Of a stretch of DNA of 64,000 nucleotides, positions 11,396 through 24,031 are shown piece by piece. The translations under genes were made by a program, and so were the position numbers. This stretch comes from Balamuthia mandrillaris (lineage: Eukaryota), in assembly GCA_031835245.2 (NCBI GenBank), contig JAVKOQ020000030.1:62001-126000 (forward strand). Direction: 5' to 3'. Every line of letters starts with the position of its first letter. Position 1 is the stretch's first letter. The notes beneath the pieces were generated by a model. That model did no database searches. It saw nothing but the letters and a program-made list of their open reading frames with translations, and was not told the origin of the DNA.

Positions 11396-13707
11396 ATGGG
11401 GAGGTTCTTGCACGTCGTTTTGTTTCTGGTGGTTCTGGCCACCCGGCTTGCCCTTTGTTTTGGGGCGGTTTGTTCCTCCTTGGAAGCCTGCTCTCCTGCT
11501 ACCACCAATGAGTTGGAATTGGCCGGTTGTTACAGGTTTTGCGACCCATGGAAGGATACACCTCTGTATTGCGCGTAGGTCCTTTCTTCGGGGCAGCCAA
11601 GTTTATGCTTGTTATCATCCGTTGTTTGTTTGTTTATTTTTTTAACTTTTTTTTTGTTGACTTTGTTTGTAAACCAACTAGTTGCATCAACAACACCGTG
11701 CCGGTGTGTCTTGGTTGTATCCCATACATGCAGGAATTTAGTGGGTTTTATGAGTCGGAATACAGTTGCTCCAAATGTTCAGCGTGCAGCTCTTGGGGCT
11801 CTACCCAGTTCGCTTCATGCACGTTCTTTACTGCAACTACTGTATTTTTTTGATTCCTACCGCTGTCTGTTCTAACCTTCTCTTTTATTGCTCGCGACGT
11901 ACTGCTTCTTCTTCTTGTTCTTGTTCTTCTTGTTCTTCTTCTTCTTCTTCTTCTTCTTCTTCTTCTTCTTCCTTATCAAAGTGTGGTGCTACCAACAACA
12001 AAACTGCGAACTTAGTTCTGGTAACTGGCTATACAAGTACAATGAGGAACCGTTCTGTGTTTGTACTGCTGAACGTGGAGGAGCTGATTGTTCACTTGGT
12101 ATGTTTTCTTCCTTTTTATTCTCCTTCTTCTTGTGCGTTCTTATTGGTCCTTCTTTGTCAAAGCTCGTAAGGACGAATATTGTGAACCCGGTCAGCTTTA
12201 CGATGGTGGATGCGTTGACTCCTCTGCCTCATTCTGTGACCCTCATGAACAGTACTGTTTCTCCTTCTTCCTTCTTTTCTGTCTTCTTCTAATGGTGAGA
12301 GACAAAAATAGATGCACGGGCAATTCAGGTGTGTGTTTCATGGACCAGAGCACAAACATCCTCTGTCCCGGTGTAATTGCTAGTGATGGCGTTGGAGGTT
12401 CTACTGGCGGAGACGATTCCTCTGAGATATCAGGTCCTTCATCTTTGTTAAATTTTGCTCGTTCTTTTTCACCCTATTACGGTGATTCTTCTTATGGTTA
12501 TGATGGTTATGCTGATGGTTATTCTTCTTCTGCTTCGTCATCCTCATCTTCCGGTCCAACTTATTCGGATGGTTATTCATCTTCATCATCTTTTTCCGAT
12601 GCTTCTTCATCTTCTGGTCCTACTCACTCGGATTCTTCTTATTCGTCTTCATCTTCTGGTCCTACTCACTCAGATTCGTCTTCATCATCATCTGCTTCAG
12701 GTTCTTCTTCTTCCCCAGATGTTGACGAAAGCTGCGTCTCAATCGACTGTCTTCCCGATGTCCAGCGATGCACCTCCAATCAATACAGGTGCTTAGACGG
12801 CAGCTGCGTGAACGATCGTTCCAAATGCAGTAACAACGGCATCGCGCCTTCTCCAGTTCGTCCTGTGGAAGATACAGTCGATAATACTAAAGATTCCTCT
12901 ATTACTTTCACTGCGTTGAGCGGTGATGAAAACAACCAAAATAGAACTTTGGGAAGTCTGCAGGTGAAGAATGGGACGTTTGCTGCTCCGACTGTTATTT
13001 CGGTCAGCCCGGCTTCTTTTGCGAAACTTTACGAGCTGTTGGGAAAGAACTTCACTCGCTCCATTTTGTCGAGCGTAGTTTCTCTTCGGGCATTCTTTGC
13101 GGCGGATAACGATGGAGTTGGTGCTGAGCTTTCCGAAGGCGACTTTCTACAGCCGGTTCTTATCAGCCTTATTGTTGACCAAGTGGTATCTGAGGTGCGT
13201 TGCTTCTCTTTTCTATCTTTGTGTGTTCCTCCTTCTTTCTTACGTATTCGAATGAACATAAAACATAAAAAGGGAGAAGCATGCATGGCCTTCTTGGACG
13301 AAACCGAGAAAGTGTGGCGATGTCTTGCCGACACAACAGTCACCACAGTCGACGACTTCACCTCCTCGTTCTCCGCATTCACCCCTCACTTCACCGACTT
13401 TGCCGTCCTGCTCGCCGAAGACACCTCCGATGGTGGGGATGACGGGGATGGGGACGATGGCACACTGGAAGATGGAGTCGTGGATGAAACGGCCAAGAAC
13501 GAAGATAAGGAGGAGGATGAAACGGATATCGGACCGATTGTTGGAGGGACTGTCGGAGGAGTGGTTTTTCTGGTCGTTATCTTCTTTGTGGGGGTGGCCC
13601 TCGTGTGGTACATTCGCAAAAGGTTGCAAGAGAGAGGCACCAGCAGCGACTTTCAAAGCAAAGTCGTCAACTTTGGAATGGACGAGGATGATGATTTATC
13701 ATTGTAA
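11396..13707 (+). CDS. Single-pass surface protein: Cys-rich/EGF-like N-terminus, Ser-rich linker, GAIN/GPS-like domain, TM, short tail
   Basis: Signal peptide MGRFLHVVLFLVVLA; CVCTAERGGADCS; SSSSSGPTHSDS repeats; CMAFLDETEKVWRCL...TPHFTDFAVLL; TM IVGGTVGGVVFLVVIFFVGVALVWYI followed by RKR. Confidence 0.7.
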
Positions 13708-13725
13708 AAAAAAACATGTCTTTAG

Positions 13726-13806
13726 AGAACAAAGATAAGGAGGAGGATGAAATGGATATCGGACCGATTGTTGGAGGGACTGTCGGAGGAGTGGTTTTAT
13801 GGTCGT
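13726..13806 (+). repeat. About 80-bp duplicate of the coding segment 13496-13577, just downstream of the stop codon
   Basis: AGAACAAAGATAAGGAGGAGGATGAAATGGATATCGGACCGATTGTTGGAGGGACTGTCGGAGGAGTGG is near-identical to the coding copy. Confidence 0.85.
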
Positions 13807-13909
13807 AAGAGAGAACATTTTGGAAACGAGGAAGGTCAACCTTCCACGTGATCGTCACCGGTACTCCCCCGCTTTAGTCCATTCAACCACATGTGAACAA
13901 TCATCGTTC

Positions 13910-14400
13910 AGGGCAGCGAAATAACAAGTGCCCGGACTCCAAGGGCAACCAAGGGTTTCCGCCACCCACTCGCCCTCGCCCATTTTAGCACCTCTAAATG
14001 GCCCCAACTTCCCAAGGACATCCATTTGCCCTCAACCACAGAAACCTCTCCCAGCTTAAGTTTCCATGCAACGCAATGCAAAGGCACAGACCTCTTTGCC
14101 AGGACAACAGTTGGTTCGCGTCCATTTAGCGACACACCAATGTCCCTGTCCCGCAGCAAAACCGAAAGCCTCTCCACGCCAAGGACCGCCCCTCTCTCTC
14201 ACCCACTTCAGCACTTCCGTTTTCTTTGTCGCCGACACCGCTCCACCTGTTCCAAGGACGTCCGTTTGTTCTCCCCCACCTCAGCGCTCAACAATCGCCA
14301 AAATAGGGGGGAGTTAACAGTTTCGGAGGCGGCCCTACAAGACAGCGTTCACGTGCAACGGGGGGTGAGCTCCTTGGTCGGCGGGCAGGGATAAAACCTG
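13910..14400 (-). pseudogene. Degraded ankyrin-repeat gene of the GHLEVLKWAR type
   Basis: Fragments in different frames: EVLKWVRERGGPW, FAAGQGHWCVAKWTRTNCCP, WGHLEVLKWARASG. Confidence 0.6.
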
Positions 14401-14643
14401 TTCTTGTTGAAAGCAAAGTTCAGCGTTCCTCCTCTCCTCTCCTCTGTCTCTTTCTCCTTCGTTTTCCTTCTCGCTTCACTCTTCTGCTGGCACAGAGGTT
14501 GGACGTGAGTCTCATCCGGTTGGATGGGATCGTGCTATGGGTTTCATGTGTGTTTGTTGAAGCAGGAGAAAAAAACGATTACACAACTTTTTGTTTAGAT
14601 GAGATAAGTTTTTTTTTTTTTTTGCTGTGTGAAGGTTGGTTGT

Positions 14644-15363
14644 TTAATAGTTGACCTTCTTGATCCTCTCTACAACCTCATCCTCGGTGAGCTCGTTGAT
14701 ATCAGCGGTCTGAATCTCCAAAGCGAAGTCCCTGAAGATGGACTTGACGCTGGCCTTGTGCACGCTCATGTTGCCCTTCTTGAGGATGGAGGCCTCGGGG
14801 CCGGCGTAGGCAAAGAGGGCAAACTTGGTCCTCTCGGTGTCATCGGCGGCCTTGAAGGTCACCCTGAACAGACCGTAGTAGCACTCGTTGGGCTGGAGGA
14901 GGGCGGTGGCCTCGTTGATGCCGCCAGTGCCGGTGCCGATGACCTTGAGCTTGTTCCTGCCTTCGTAGCCCAACACAATCCTGTTTCGGCGATTCGAAAA
15001 GCGGGTTTAGAAGAAAGAAAGAGAAATTTAAAAAAAAAAAAAAAAGGGGAACAGAAAAACTCAAAACTAGAAGAAGAAACAGAGATATTTTTTTGCAACG
15101 GTGAAAAACTGATCAACAAAAAACAAAACGAGTTTTGTTCGGTCGATTGGTTTTTTGAGTTGACTTGGCGAAAGAATCGAAAAAAAAAAATCAACTCTCG
15201 ATCCAAAAAGTTTGACGAACACGAACGACTTGGCGAGAAACAAAAAACCCCTCACCAAGGGAGGAGAGAGAATATAAAATTACCAGTTGATGCTGCTCTT
15301 GTCAGCGATGTTGGAAATCGCCCTGTAGGACTCGGCAATCTGGGGGTCAGAAACGTCGCACAT
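14644..15363 (-). CDS. Coactosin-like ADF-H domain actin-binding protein (2 exons)
   Basis: MCDVSDPQIAESYRAI...INW|IVLGYEGRNKLKVIGTGTGG...RTKFALFAYAGPEASILKKGNMSVHKASVKSIF. Confidence 0.85.
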
Positions 15364-15660
15364 TTTGGAGGGGAGTGGTGTGTGTGTGTTGGGGTGTGTG
15401 TGAAGGGCACAGTTGATTATTTTTATGGGCGACAAAAAGAAAAAAGAAAATGTTAATTTGTGGAGTACCTTAAAAAAGGGAGAAATTACCCCTCGAGCAA
15501 CATCCTTAATTTATGTAACCAATCACGAATCAACATTATGCGAAAATTGGGTGAAAACTCAGCCTTTTTGAATTTCTATTGGTCAATTAAATTGCCACCG
15601 ATTAATAAAACAAGAAATCGTTTTCTTTTTCTTTCTCGTCTTTTTTTTTTTTCATGTCGC

Positions 15661-17576
15661 TTAGTGCTTGGGAGTATGGTTGGCTTGCGACAACAAGGCG
15701 ATGACCGAACGCGATGCCGGCACGCCACACAGCTCCATCGACTCAAGCGCCTCCCTCTCCTCCAGCGATGGCCGATAAGAGTAGTTGGCCATGACCCCAA
15801 AAGACTCGCCCATTCGCCACTTGGAAAGATCGGCTCGCCAGTTCAAGCTCAGCACGTGCGCTTTGTTGTGGCCCACGTGAAAGTTGGCCACTGGATCCAA
15901 CAAGTGTTGTTGTTCTTTGTTGTGGTTATTGTTGTTCTTTGGTGTTGCTTTCTCTTGAAGGATGTAATGGGCGCAGAGAGGCATTAGCTTGGATTGAAGG
16001 TCAGCACATAGCGTTTCGTTAGTGAACCAATCTTCTGTTTCTAAGGCTTTCTGTAGTTTTGCAAAACATAAGCAACAAAAACGAATGCTAAAAAGAAGAG
16101 CAATATGCAAACCAAAAGATTTTCGTGTTGAAGATGGTTGGTTCTTTGCTCGCGAAGCCATTGACGGAAGCCAGGAATAGGAGAGAGTGTCGCAAACCGC
16201 CAGAGAGCTTCAGTAGAAGTGGTCAGAAGCGTTCAAGAGAAAAAGGAGAAAGAGAAAGATAAATGGATTACCGTTTAGTTCTTCACTGAGAGCAGTTGTT
16301 GCTGCTTTAATCAGCATGCCACCCAATGGCATGCCTTTCAGACCTACACTCACGTTAATAGCAACGTTCAGAAAGTTCGAAAGAGAAGGGTCAGAGGTAC
16401 CTGGTTGCGTTGTGTGAATAGAATAAAATACAGCGGCTTCTGCTTTTTTCTCATCCTCCATTTCACACTTTTGCTTGAAAATAGTCTTCACACAAATAGA
16501 TGAAATCTTTTAGCACAAGAAGAAGAACAATAGAACAATAGAAAAAGAGTGGCAAGAAAGCAAAGGAGAAGAAAGCATCAACAAGAAGAAGAGAACCTGC
16601 ATGTCGTGAACAACATTTGGATGAAGTGAAGCATGCACGAATGCCAAAGGAAGGTTTGGCAATAAAGGATGAAAGAAAGCAAAACACCGTTTACCGACAC
16701 CTAGCCTCCTTTGAAGTTCTTCCATGCGTTCCATTGGGTGAACCAAATCTGCTGTCATTACCTATTCATCCTATTTGTTACTTATTGTTGAAATCTTTGC
16801 TGCTCTGCTCTTCTTCTTTTTGTTCTTCTTCTTCTTCACTCTCACTAGTATCTTACCTGTGAAAGGACAGGAGAAGGAGAGGTAACGGTAAGTCGTTCCA
16901 ATTTCAGGTCCTCTGGCCGCAACCTTGCGAACAAAACTCGTCTCACCCCATCCTCCACTTCCTCCAAATATCGCCTTGTCACAACTCTTTGCTTAGCGTC
17001 TCCAGTTTGTTCTGCTGCTCGGTTCTGTCGTTGTAGTTCCTGTTGAAGAGCATCAGTACAGAAGTGAGAGACAAGAGAAGAGAACGATGAAGAGAAGAGG
17101 GAAGAGAGAAGAGAGAAGCAGCAGAAGAGAAAGAAGGAGAAAGAGTATACCAGCAAACGCTGTCTGCATCCGATCAAAAACGGCAAAGCGTTTTCCCTTT
17201 GGCAAATGGCCTCCAGGATGCTTTGTCGCGTGCCGGTTTGCTGCTCCTTGGAACCGCCACACCCTTGCAAATAATGCTCCCAAAGCGAGCCTTTTCGCTT
17301 CCCCTCCTCCTCCTCCTCCTCCTCCGCTGCTTGTTCGTTCCCTGCAAGAGTGTATTCTTTGACCGCTGCTATCGCTTCCTCTGCGACCGCGTGGTTGGCT
17401 TCCTCTTCGACTGCGGTTTGACGAAGCTGACAAAACGACCGAACGAACGAGGAAAAGGCGGTGAAAGGAAGTGGAGGAGGTTGTGGTTGCCTGTGCACAC
17501 TAACGAACGGTAGAGCGGTGCGTTGCTTTGCGGCTCTCCCAACCGCCGCATCGAACCAACCTTTTCTTCTTCTCAT
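15661..17576 (-). CDS. MLYCD: Malonyl-CoA decarboxylase
   Basis: VHPM...RRLGVGKRCFAFFHP...PLAFVHASL; AVFYSI..TQPGLKG..LG..LIK; LLDPVANFH...LNWRADLS...SFGVMANY. Confidence 0.9.
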
Positions 17577-17621
17577 TTTATTTTTTCTTTCTTATATTTT
17601 GATCGTCGATCATCTGATGAA

Positions 17622-17696
17622 CCAATCAAAATTCAAACAAAAGAACTAGACCAATCGAAATTCAAATATTTGATTCTTTTTTTGAATTTTTATTGG
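17622..17696. promoter_or_regulatory. Three copies of CCAAT-VR-AAA-W-TCAAA upstream of MLYCD
   Basis: Copies at 17622(+), 17651(+) and 17681-17696(-). The same motif occurs at 7672, 7738, 15567-15582(-) and 35671. Confidence 0.55.
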
Positions 17697-17717
17697 TTAT
17701 ATTTTGATTATGGAATC

Positions 17718-20496
17718 TCACCAATGTCGAATGGAACAAAGTTCCACTCTCCACCGAACGCATTCCAACTGTTGCAACCTTCTTCTTCTTTCTTCTGCTT
17801 CTTCTCCTCCTTTTTGTTGTTGACCTCCTGCTTCGTTCTTCTCTTGTCCCATTGACACATCCCTCATCACCCATTCCGAAAGTTTGCGACAACGTCGGCC
17901 CAGGCGACGGCTGGAATGAAGCCCCATGAACTGATACTTCCTCTCGTCCTTCAACCCGGTGCCGTCACAGGCTTTGCACTTTTGCCGCTTCTCCTTCAAC
18001 AGCATCTGCTTTTGTTGGTGCCTTTGTTGGTGCTTGTTCTTTGTCTTCTTCTTGTTCTTGCTCCTTTGGAGAAGGTTGCTCTGCTTTCCACAAACGCGAC
18101 AGAGCACGTATTTGCTGCTATAGAGCATTCGAATGGATTGGGTGGTGGTGAACATCGTCATGTCAAAGAGCTCCTCCAACGCGTTTTGACTGGTGATAAA
18201 CTCTGGAAGGCGAGCATTGTTGCTGACTGTTTCGTTTTGTTGTTCCTCTTTGTCTTCATTTTGAGCTGAAGAAGAAGAAGAAGCAGGAGGAGGAGGAGAA
18301 AAGTGTTGAATGAGTTGGCGGATGCAACGTTTGTGCTGGTCTTCGTTGACTAGGAGGTTGGGCCACACAAAGTGGAAGCCGTACTTCCAGTTGACCTGCG
18401 GTCGATGGCTGTGAGTGAACGGGCCGCTTGTTCCACTTAGCGAAAACACTGATGGATCATTCAAGTCTTCTTCTTCCTCTTCTTCCGTTTCTTGTTCTTT
18501 TTGTGCTTGTGATAAAGGTGAAGAAGAGGAAGAGCAAGGTGATGAAGCAGAACTAGACAGTGAAGAAGACAAGAAGAGCTGAGAGACAATCGAAGTAATG
18601 CCTGGGATAAAGTGAGCGATAACGTCGGATAAAGGAAACGGCTGAAAGGAGGATGAAGAGGAGGCGTCCTCGATGTTGAGCGATGGATGACTGCATTTGA
18701 TGTCGAGGTCTATGTAGAGACGATAGAGAGGGCTGCTTCGTTGTTCCACCACCCAAAGCTGTTCTCCTCTTACGACAGCTTTTGTGTACTCGCTAAAGAG
18801 TTCATCTTCGAAAGCTCAAGTTAGTCAAGATAACGCTCAGAGGAAAGAAGAAGGAGAAGAATAAGGAAGAAGAGAGGAAGCAGGAGGAGAATAAGAAAAA
18901 GGAGGAGGAGAAGAAGAAAGAGGAAGAGAAACCTTTAAGCGAAGCATCTATTGCAAACTGAGGCTTATCGCCAGAAGTCCACCAAAGGTGAGTGGTGCCC
19001 TCCGCCATGCCTTTGTTGATCTCTCTTTTGTGCCTGTTGTTGGCTCGGAACCACGACAACATGTCCGTTTCGGTATCAATGTCGTACCACGTTAAAGATG
19101 GTTTGATCCTTTCCTCTTCATTCCCTTCAATGAACGTTGGTTGGGTATGGAGGAAAGTGAGAAACCGGCAAAGAAGGAAAGAAGCGATAAGCAAGAAGGA
19201 AGCGAGAACAAAGAAACAGAAACAAGCGACAAAGCAAGAAAGAAAGAAACGCCAAGAAAGCGGCAGGAAAGCAAGTAAACCTGAATTGAGAATATCTTCT
19301 TCAAAGCGCATGAGTTGGCGAAGAAAGCTGGAGTTCGGCCGAATGAAACTTCTCTTCCTCTTCAGGGCCACATACGCGTCCTTCAGGCTCATCCTTTCCT
19401 CTTCCTCCCTTGCGCTCTTCATCTCTCCAAAATAATAATGCACAACATAAGCCAAAACGACCGCCACCGAACGACTCTTTCCCAACGCGCAATGCACTAA
19501 CACCTTGTTTCTCTTTGGTTGTAGTCGTCGTTGCTCGCTTTCACCTTCTTCACCCTCGTTTTGGCGTGCTGCCTCGTCGATGAATGCAAAAGCATCCGGC
19601 AGAAAGCGAAGAAGATTCTCTTTGACGTCGTCCATCATCATAAGCTGCTTGTAGCCTCCTCGAAGGACTCCATCATATCCTTTTCCTTCTTGCCTTTCTT
19701 CTCTCTCGTCTTCATCGTTGTTTTGTGTGCCATTAGCAGAAGAAGATGAAGAGTGAGGACGAGGACGACGAGCAGGCCAGTCTCCAGCGACGTTGAGGAT
19801 GTGGGTAATGCCTTGTTGCAGCAGCGCAGCGTCATCCTCGGCATCCGCCCCGCTGCCAACGTACAAGAACCCAGGCAACACCTCGGTCATTCCTCTTGGT
19901 AACTTGTTCAACTGAAGCAAACGTTACCAACGAAAATAAAAGAGAGAGGAGAAAACGAGGAGAAGCGCGAAGGCGCAGAGACGCAGAGAAGAAGAGCAGT
20001 GCAAAGAGAGAAGTGAAGAGAAGCAGAGACGCAGAGACGTGTGAAGAGAGAAGCATACAGTTTTCTGCCATTTTTTCGACAGGAAAGGCGCGGCGGGCTG
20101 TTCAGACGAAGAAACAGCGTTGACCTCATCCTCTTCCTCCTCCTCTCCGCTCGTGTCCTTCTCCTCCGTCGCCGAGCTTTTCTCTCTTTCGCCGACTGGT
20201 ATTAGAGGAGCCCCAGAAGAAGAAGCGAGCAGCCAAACGGTTTTCTTGCCTTTCTTCTTGCGTTGGACCACCCCCTCCTTCACCAACTGCCGCAGCAGCC
20301 TGTTCACGTCCTGCGCCGTCATCCTCCGTCCCCTCTGCTTGCCTCCCTCGCCGTCCGCCGAAGAGGAGAGCTCGCTATTATTGCAGGCGAGCAGCAGGCT
20401 GGTTTTGTCGTGCGCGGCAGCCGCAGTGGCGCCCAACACCCGCACGATGCGCTCCTTTTGCCACGCGGCGGCCACCGGTGTTGCTCCTTGGCTCAT
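17718..20496 (-). CDS. Zalpha-like wHTH / dual-specificity phosphatase / NCLDV-type AEP primase-like fusion (about 782 aa)
   Basis: Exons 20496-20059, 19911-19281, 19124-18933 and 18805-17718 (438+631+192+1088=2349 nt), all GT-AG and in frame. Motifs: DVNRLLRQLVKEG...VW; VHCALGKSRS; LYIDLDIK, GFHFVWP, LFD, SIRMLYSSK, CRVC...CKAC. Confidence 0.8.
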
Positions 20497-20807
20497 CTAC
20501 CCTTGAGACGTGTGGGAGGGCGGTTCCTCTTTTAAAAAAAAAACAAAATACCCTGAAAGGTTTGTTGTGCTCGTCGTTCTCCTCCCGCAGTGCGTGTTGT
20601 TCCTCCTTCTTCATTACCACTTCAGCGAAAAAAAAAAAAGAGCCTTTGAAGAAAAACCAGAGAAAGCCATTCTCCCATCCACCAAACTTGGCCTTGTCGT
20701 ATGATGATGTCCTGCTCCTATAGTGGTGCGTCGCTTCGCTCATTTGTAATGATTTTTCGTTCCAATTTCACAATTAAAATTCCACAAAAAAAATAAAATA
20801 AAAAATG

Positions 20808-20843
<36 letters not shown>

Positions 20844-20899
20844 AGAAAAAAAAAAAAAAAAAAAACAAAAAAAAAAGAGAAAAAAAAAAGAGAAAAAAA

Positions 20900-21288
20900 A
20901 TGGAGGAGGAAACAACGATTCAACACAACAAAGAGGAAGCAGAGGGAGGAGGAGGAGGAGGACGGAGAAGAAGGAACACAACGTCTCACTACGACGACCA
21001 CGACCACGACCACGGCGCAAAGAGCAAGGTGGTGGAGCGCATCGTGGTGGCGGGCTTTCACCACAAGGTGGGACCCAGGGTGGAGTTCCTGTGGCCGCCC
21101 CTGAGCCCCGAGGAGGAGGCCCTGCACCCCAAGGACGAGGCCACGGGCTTGCCTGCCCCCTGGAGGCAGCTCCCCTTCCTGGCCTTGCCTGACGGAGTTC
21201 ATCAACAAGGTTTAAACGACCTCTCTGCTCTTCTTTATTCTCCTCTCTCTCTCTCTCTCTTTCTGTTATGCTCACTTCTCTTCTTTCT

Positions 21289-21319
<31 letters not shown>

Positions 21320-21597
21320 AAAAAAAAAGATGAAGATTATGCGTTCTTTCGGTTGCCTTCTCTTCTTCGATCTGCTGCTTCTACATCGTCTTCGTCTCCC
21401 TCTCAACAACAACAACAACAACAACGGAGCGCGTTGGGAAAGGAGGCGGAGGAGGAGGGAGCGGAAAGTTATTTGTGGGGAGTGTCTTGTTTCAGGCAGA
21501 TCCATGTCAGAGAGCTGAAGCGTGGATCGGATGACTACACGCGCCCTCAAGTCCAGAAAGCCGTCTGCGCTCTGACCAACGTTGTACGTTCTCTGCT

Positions 21598-21631
<34 letters not shown>

Positions 21632-21854
21632 CTCTTTTCTTCATGTTTGCTTCCCTTGGAACCAACAACAAACTGGTTTGAACAGCCACATCAGGGAGCA
21701 GTGTGGACTCGGCTTTCTCTGGTAACGCAAGCCTACTTTGAGCAAGGCGACTTTGAGCACACGCACTTGTTGCAAGAAATCTACGACCATCTGAACAAAG
21801 CTTTCACCGTCTCGCTCCTCGATGAATCCAGTCTCTACATCGGTTCGTCTTCTC

Positions 21855-21917
<63 letters not shown>

Positions 21918-23816
21918 CTTTGCTAGTTTGCTCTCTCCCATCCTTTGTTGAATTTTTAAATCAAAAAACGGTAGGACTCCATTTGAACCATTTCATAGAA
22001 GCATTTCAGAGGAAGTTGCTTCTTCTTTTCAAGCTTATGCTTTTGGAGCGACGAGTGATTGTCTACGGGCTCCCCGTAGGAGAGGTCTGCAACTTCATTA
22101 CCTGTCTCACATCGTTACTGCCCACGATACCTATATCTTGTTCTTCTTCTGCTGCTGCTGCTTCCAGTCCTTCTTCTTCTCCTCCTAGTACTTCAACAAC
22201 ACTGCTTCAACGAGAAGCTGCCCGACAACAAAGACGGATTTCGTTTGGTTTTCCGTATCCACTCTTTGACTTCCCTCCTTCCGCTCGGCAAACCACAACA
22301 AATGTTGAACGAGAAGAAGTTGAAAACACCAAGGAAGAACCAGAAGAAAACGTACAGGAAGAAGCCCACCAACCGCAACAAACGAAACATAAAACGAGAC
22401 AACATTCTCTCTTTCCGTACATCAATCTTCATCAATGGGAGGTACTCAAGCAAACCAAAGGATATCTTGCCGGTGCTAGTAACATGCTATTCTCTATGCC
22501 CGAACATACCAACTTGGATGCTCTTGTTCTTGTACATATGTCTTTACGCTCTCTCGCTCTCTCTCTCACTCTCTCTCTCTCTCTCACTCTCTCTCTCTCT
22601 CACTCTCTCTCTCGCTTCATCGCATGTTTTTTGATGAGGTTGTAATGACCATACATGTTTGTAATTGTTAGATGGATCAGGCGGAGGTAAAGCTGAGAGA
22701 TCCAGCTTTAGCTCGTCTAATAACACCAAGTGTGGATGACAAGAGGTTCATTGACAACATTCTTCAACACGTACACTCTTATTCAACTGGTATTGTCTCC
22801 ACAAACTCTATTTCTAATCTTTGTTTCTTGGCTTTTCAACTCATGAAACACACAATGAAACAGGAAGAAAGATGCAATGGGAAGGCAGCGAAGACTGGGT
22901 CAGAGCGCAGTTCTTGGCATACATGGAGAGTCTCCTTTGTGCCACTTTACATCTAAAGTTAGATGGCTCTGGTGATGATTGTACTCACTCCCTTCCACTT
23001 TCTCTCTGCCTCTCTCTCTCTCTCTCTCTCTCCTTTTCTTCTCTTTAGTTAGTGGTTGCCTCTCCACTTCTTCTCTTATCTTATTCTCTTCTTTTTCTTG
23101 TCCCTTCTCCCTGCTTGTTCTCTCTTCTGACGTTAAACGGCGCTCTATGACAGCATTCGTTAGCGAGTGGAATGTAGATTGGGTGAAAGCATGGATGCAA
23201 ACCACCAACTACAAAGCATGGCGGATGTCCATTGACCCAGCCAAAGTGATGCAATTGGCTGCTCCACAGTACGTTCTATTTCTTGTTCTCATCTTTGGCT
23301 TTCGTATGGCCTTAGACACTTATATCATTTTTTTCTTCAAAGGCATCCTTCAGGACCTGTCTCTGATATACTGGACGAACTATCCTCTAATGTCTATGAC
23401 TTGAGTGGCCGTTTTTCCAAGTACTTCTCTTTCCTCTCTTCTCTCTCTCTCTCTCTTCTCTCCCTCCTCCTCTCTCGTTCTCTTGTTCTCTTATTCTCTT
23501 TCTAACGCGAATGATAAACAACAAAACACAACACAACAGCAAAGTGACTGAACTGTCAGAAGCAATCGGCACAACTACTGGCCTCAAGGAACGGTTTGTC
23601 GGTGCAAAGGCCAACTTCCTGCGTGGTTGGAATCGTTGGGCACACTTTGCTCCTTCTTCTTCTTCTCCTTCTGCACCATTACCAAAACAACAACAACAGC
23701 AACAGCAGCCACAACAAAAGGAGCAACGGAAGAACAACAGAAATGAAAAGGAAGAGGAAGCAACATCATCGCCACTGCAGCAACAACCACCAGAGAGTTC
23801 TTCTTTATCGGCATGA
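20900..23816 (+). CDS. AVL9: Late secretory pathway protein AVL9 (DENN-like)
   Basis: IVVAGFHHKVGPRVEF, LPFLALPDGVH, GVSCFRQI, TRPQVQKAV, LLFKLMLLERRV, WEGSEDWVRAQF. Confidence 0.9.
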
Positions 23817-24031
23817 CCTCTCTCTTCTTTTTTACCACAAGAAAGTAAGAAAGAAAGTCCAACTTCAGTTCATGCTTTGAACCTAAACTCAACAAACACA
23901 GAGAAGGAGAGAAAGAGAGAAAGAGAGAAAGAGAGAAAGAGAGAAAGAGAAGGAGAGAAGGAGAGAAGGAGAGAGAGAACGTCGCTAAGGAAACGCCTCA
24001 AAAGGAAAAAAGCCAAGGGAAGAAAGAAGAA

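Noticed and set aside
14629..15456. 275-aa plus-strand ORF
   Set aside because: It is the antisense shadow of the codon-biased coactosin-like gene.
17718..18805. Integrated viral genome or contaminant around the AEP domain
   Set aside because: It is flanked by ordinary host genes (MLYCD, AVL9), contains host-style low-complexity inserts and is spliced to upstream exons; no other viral core genes are present.
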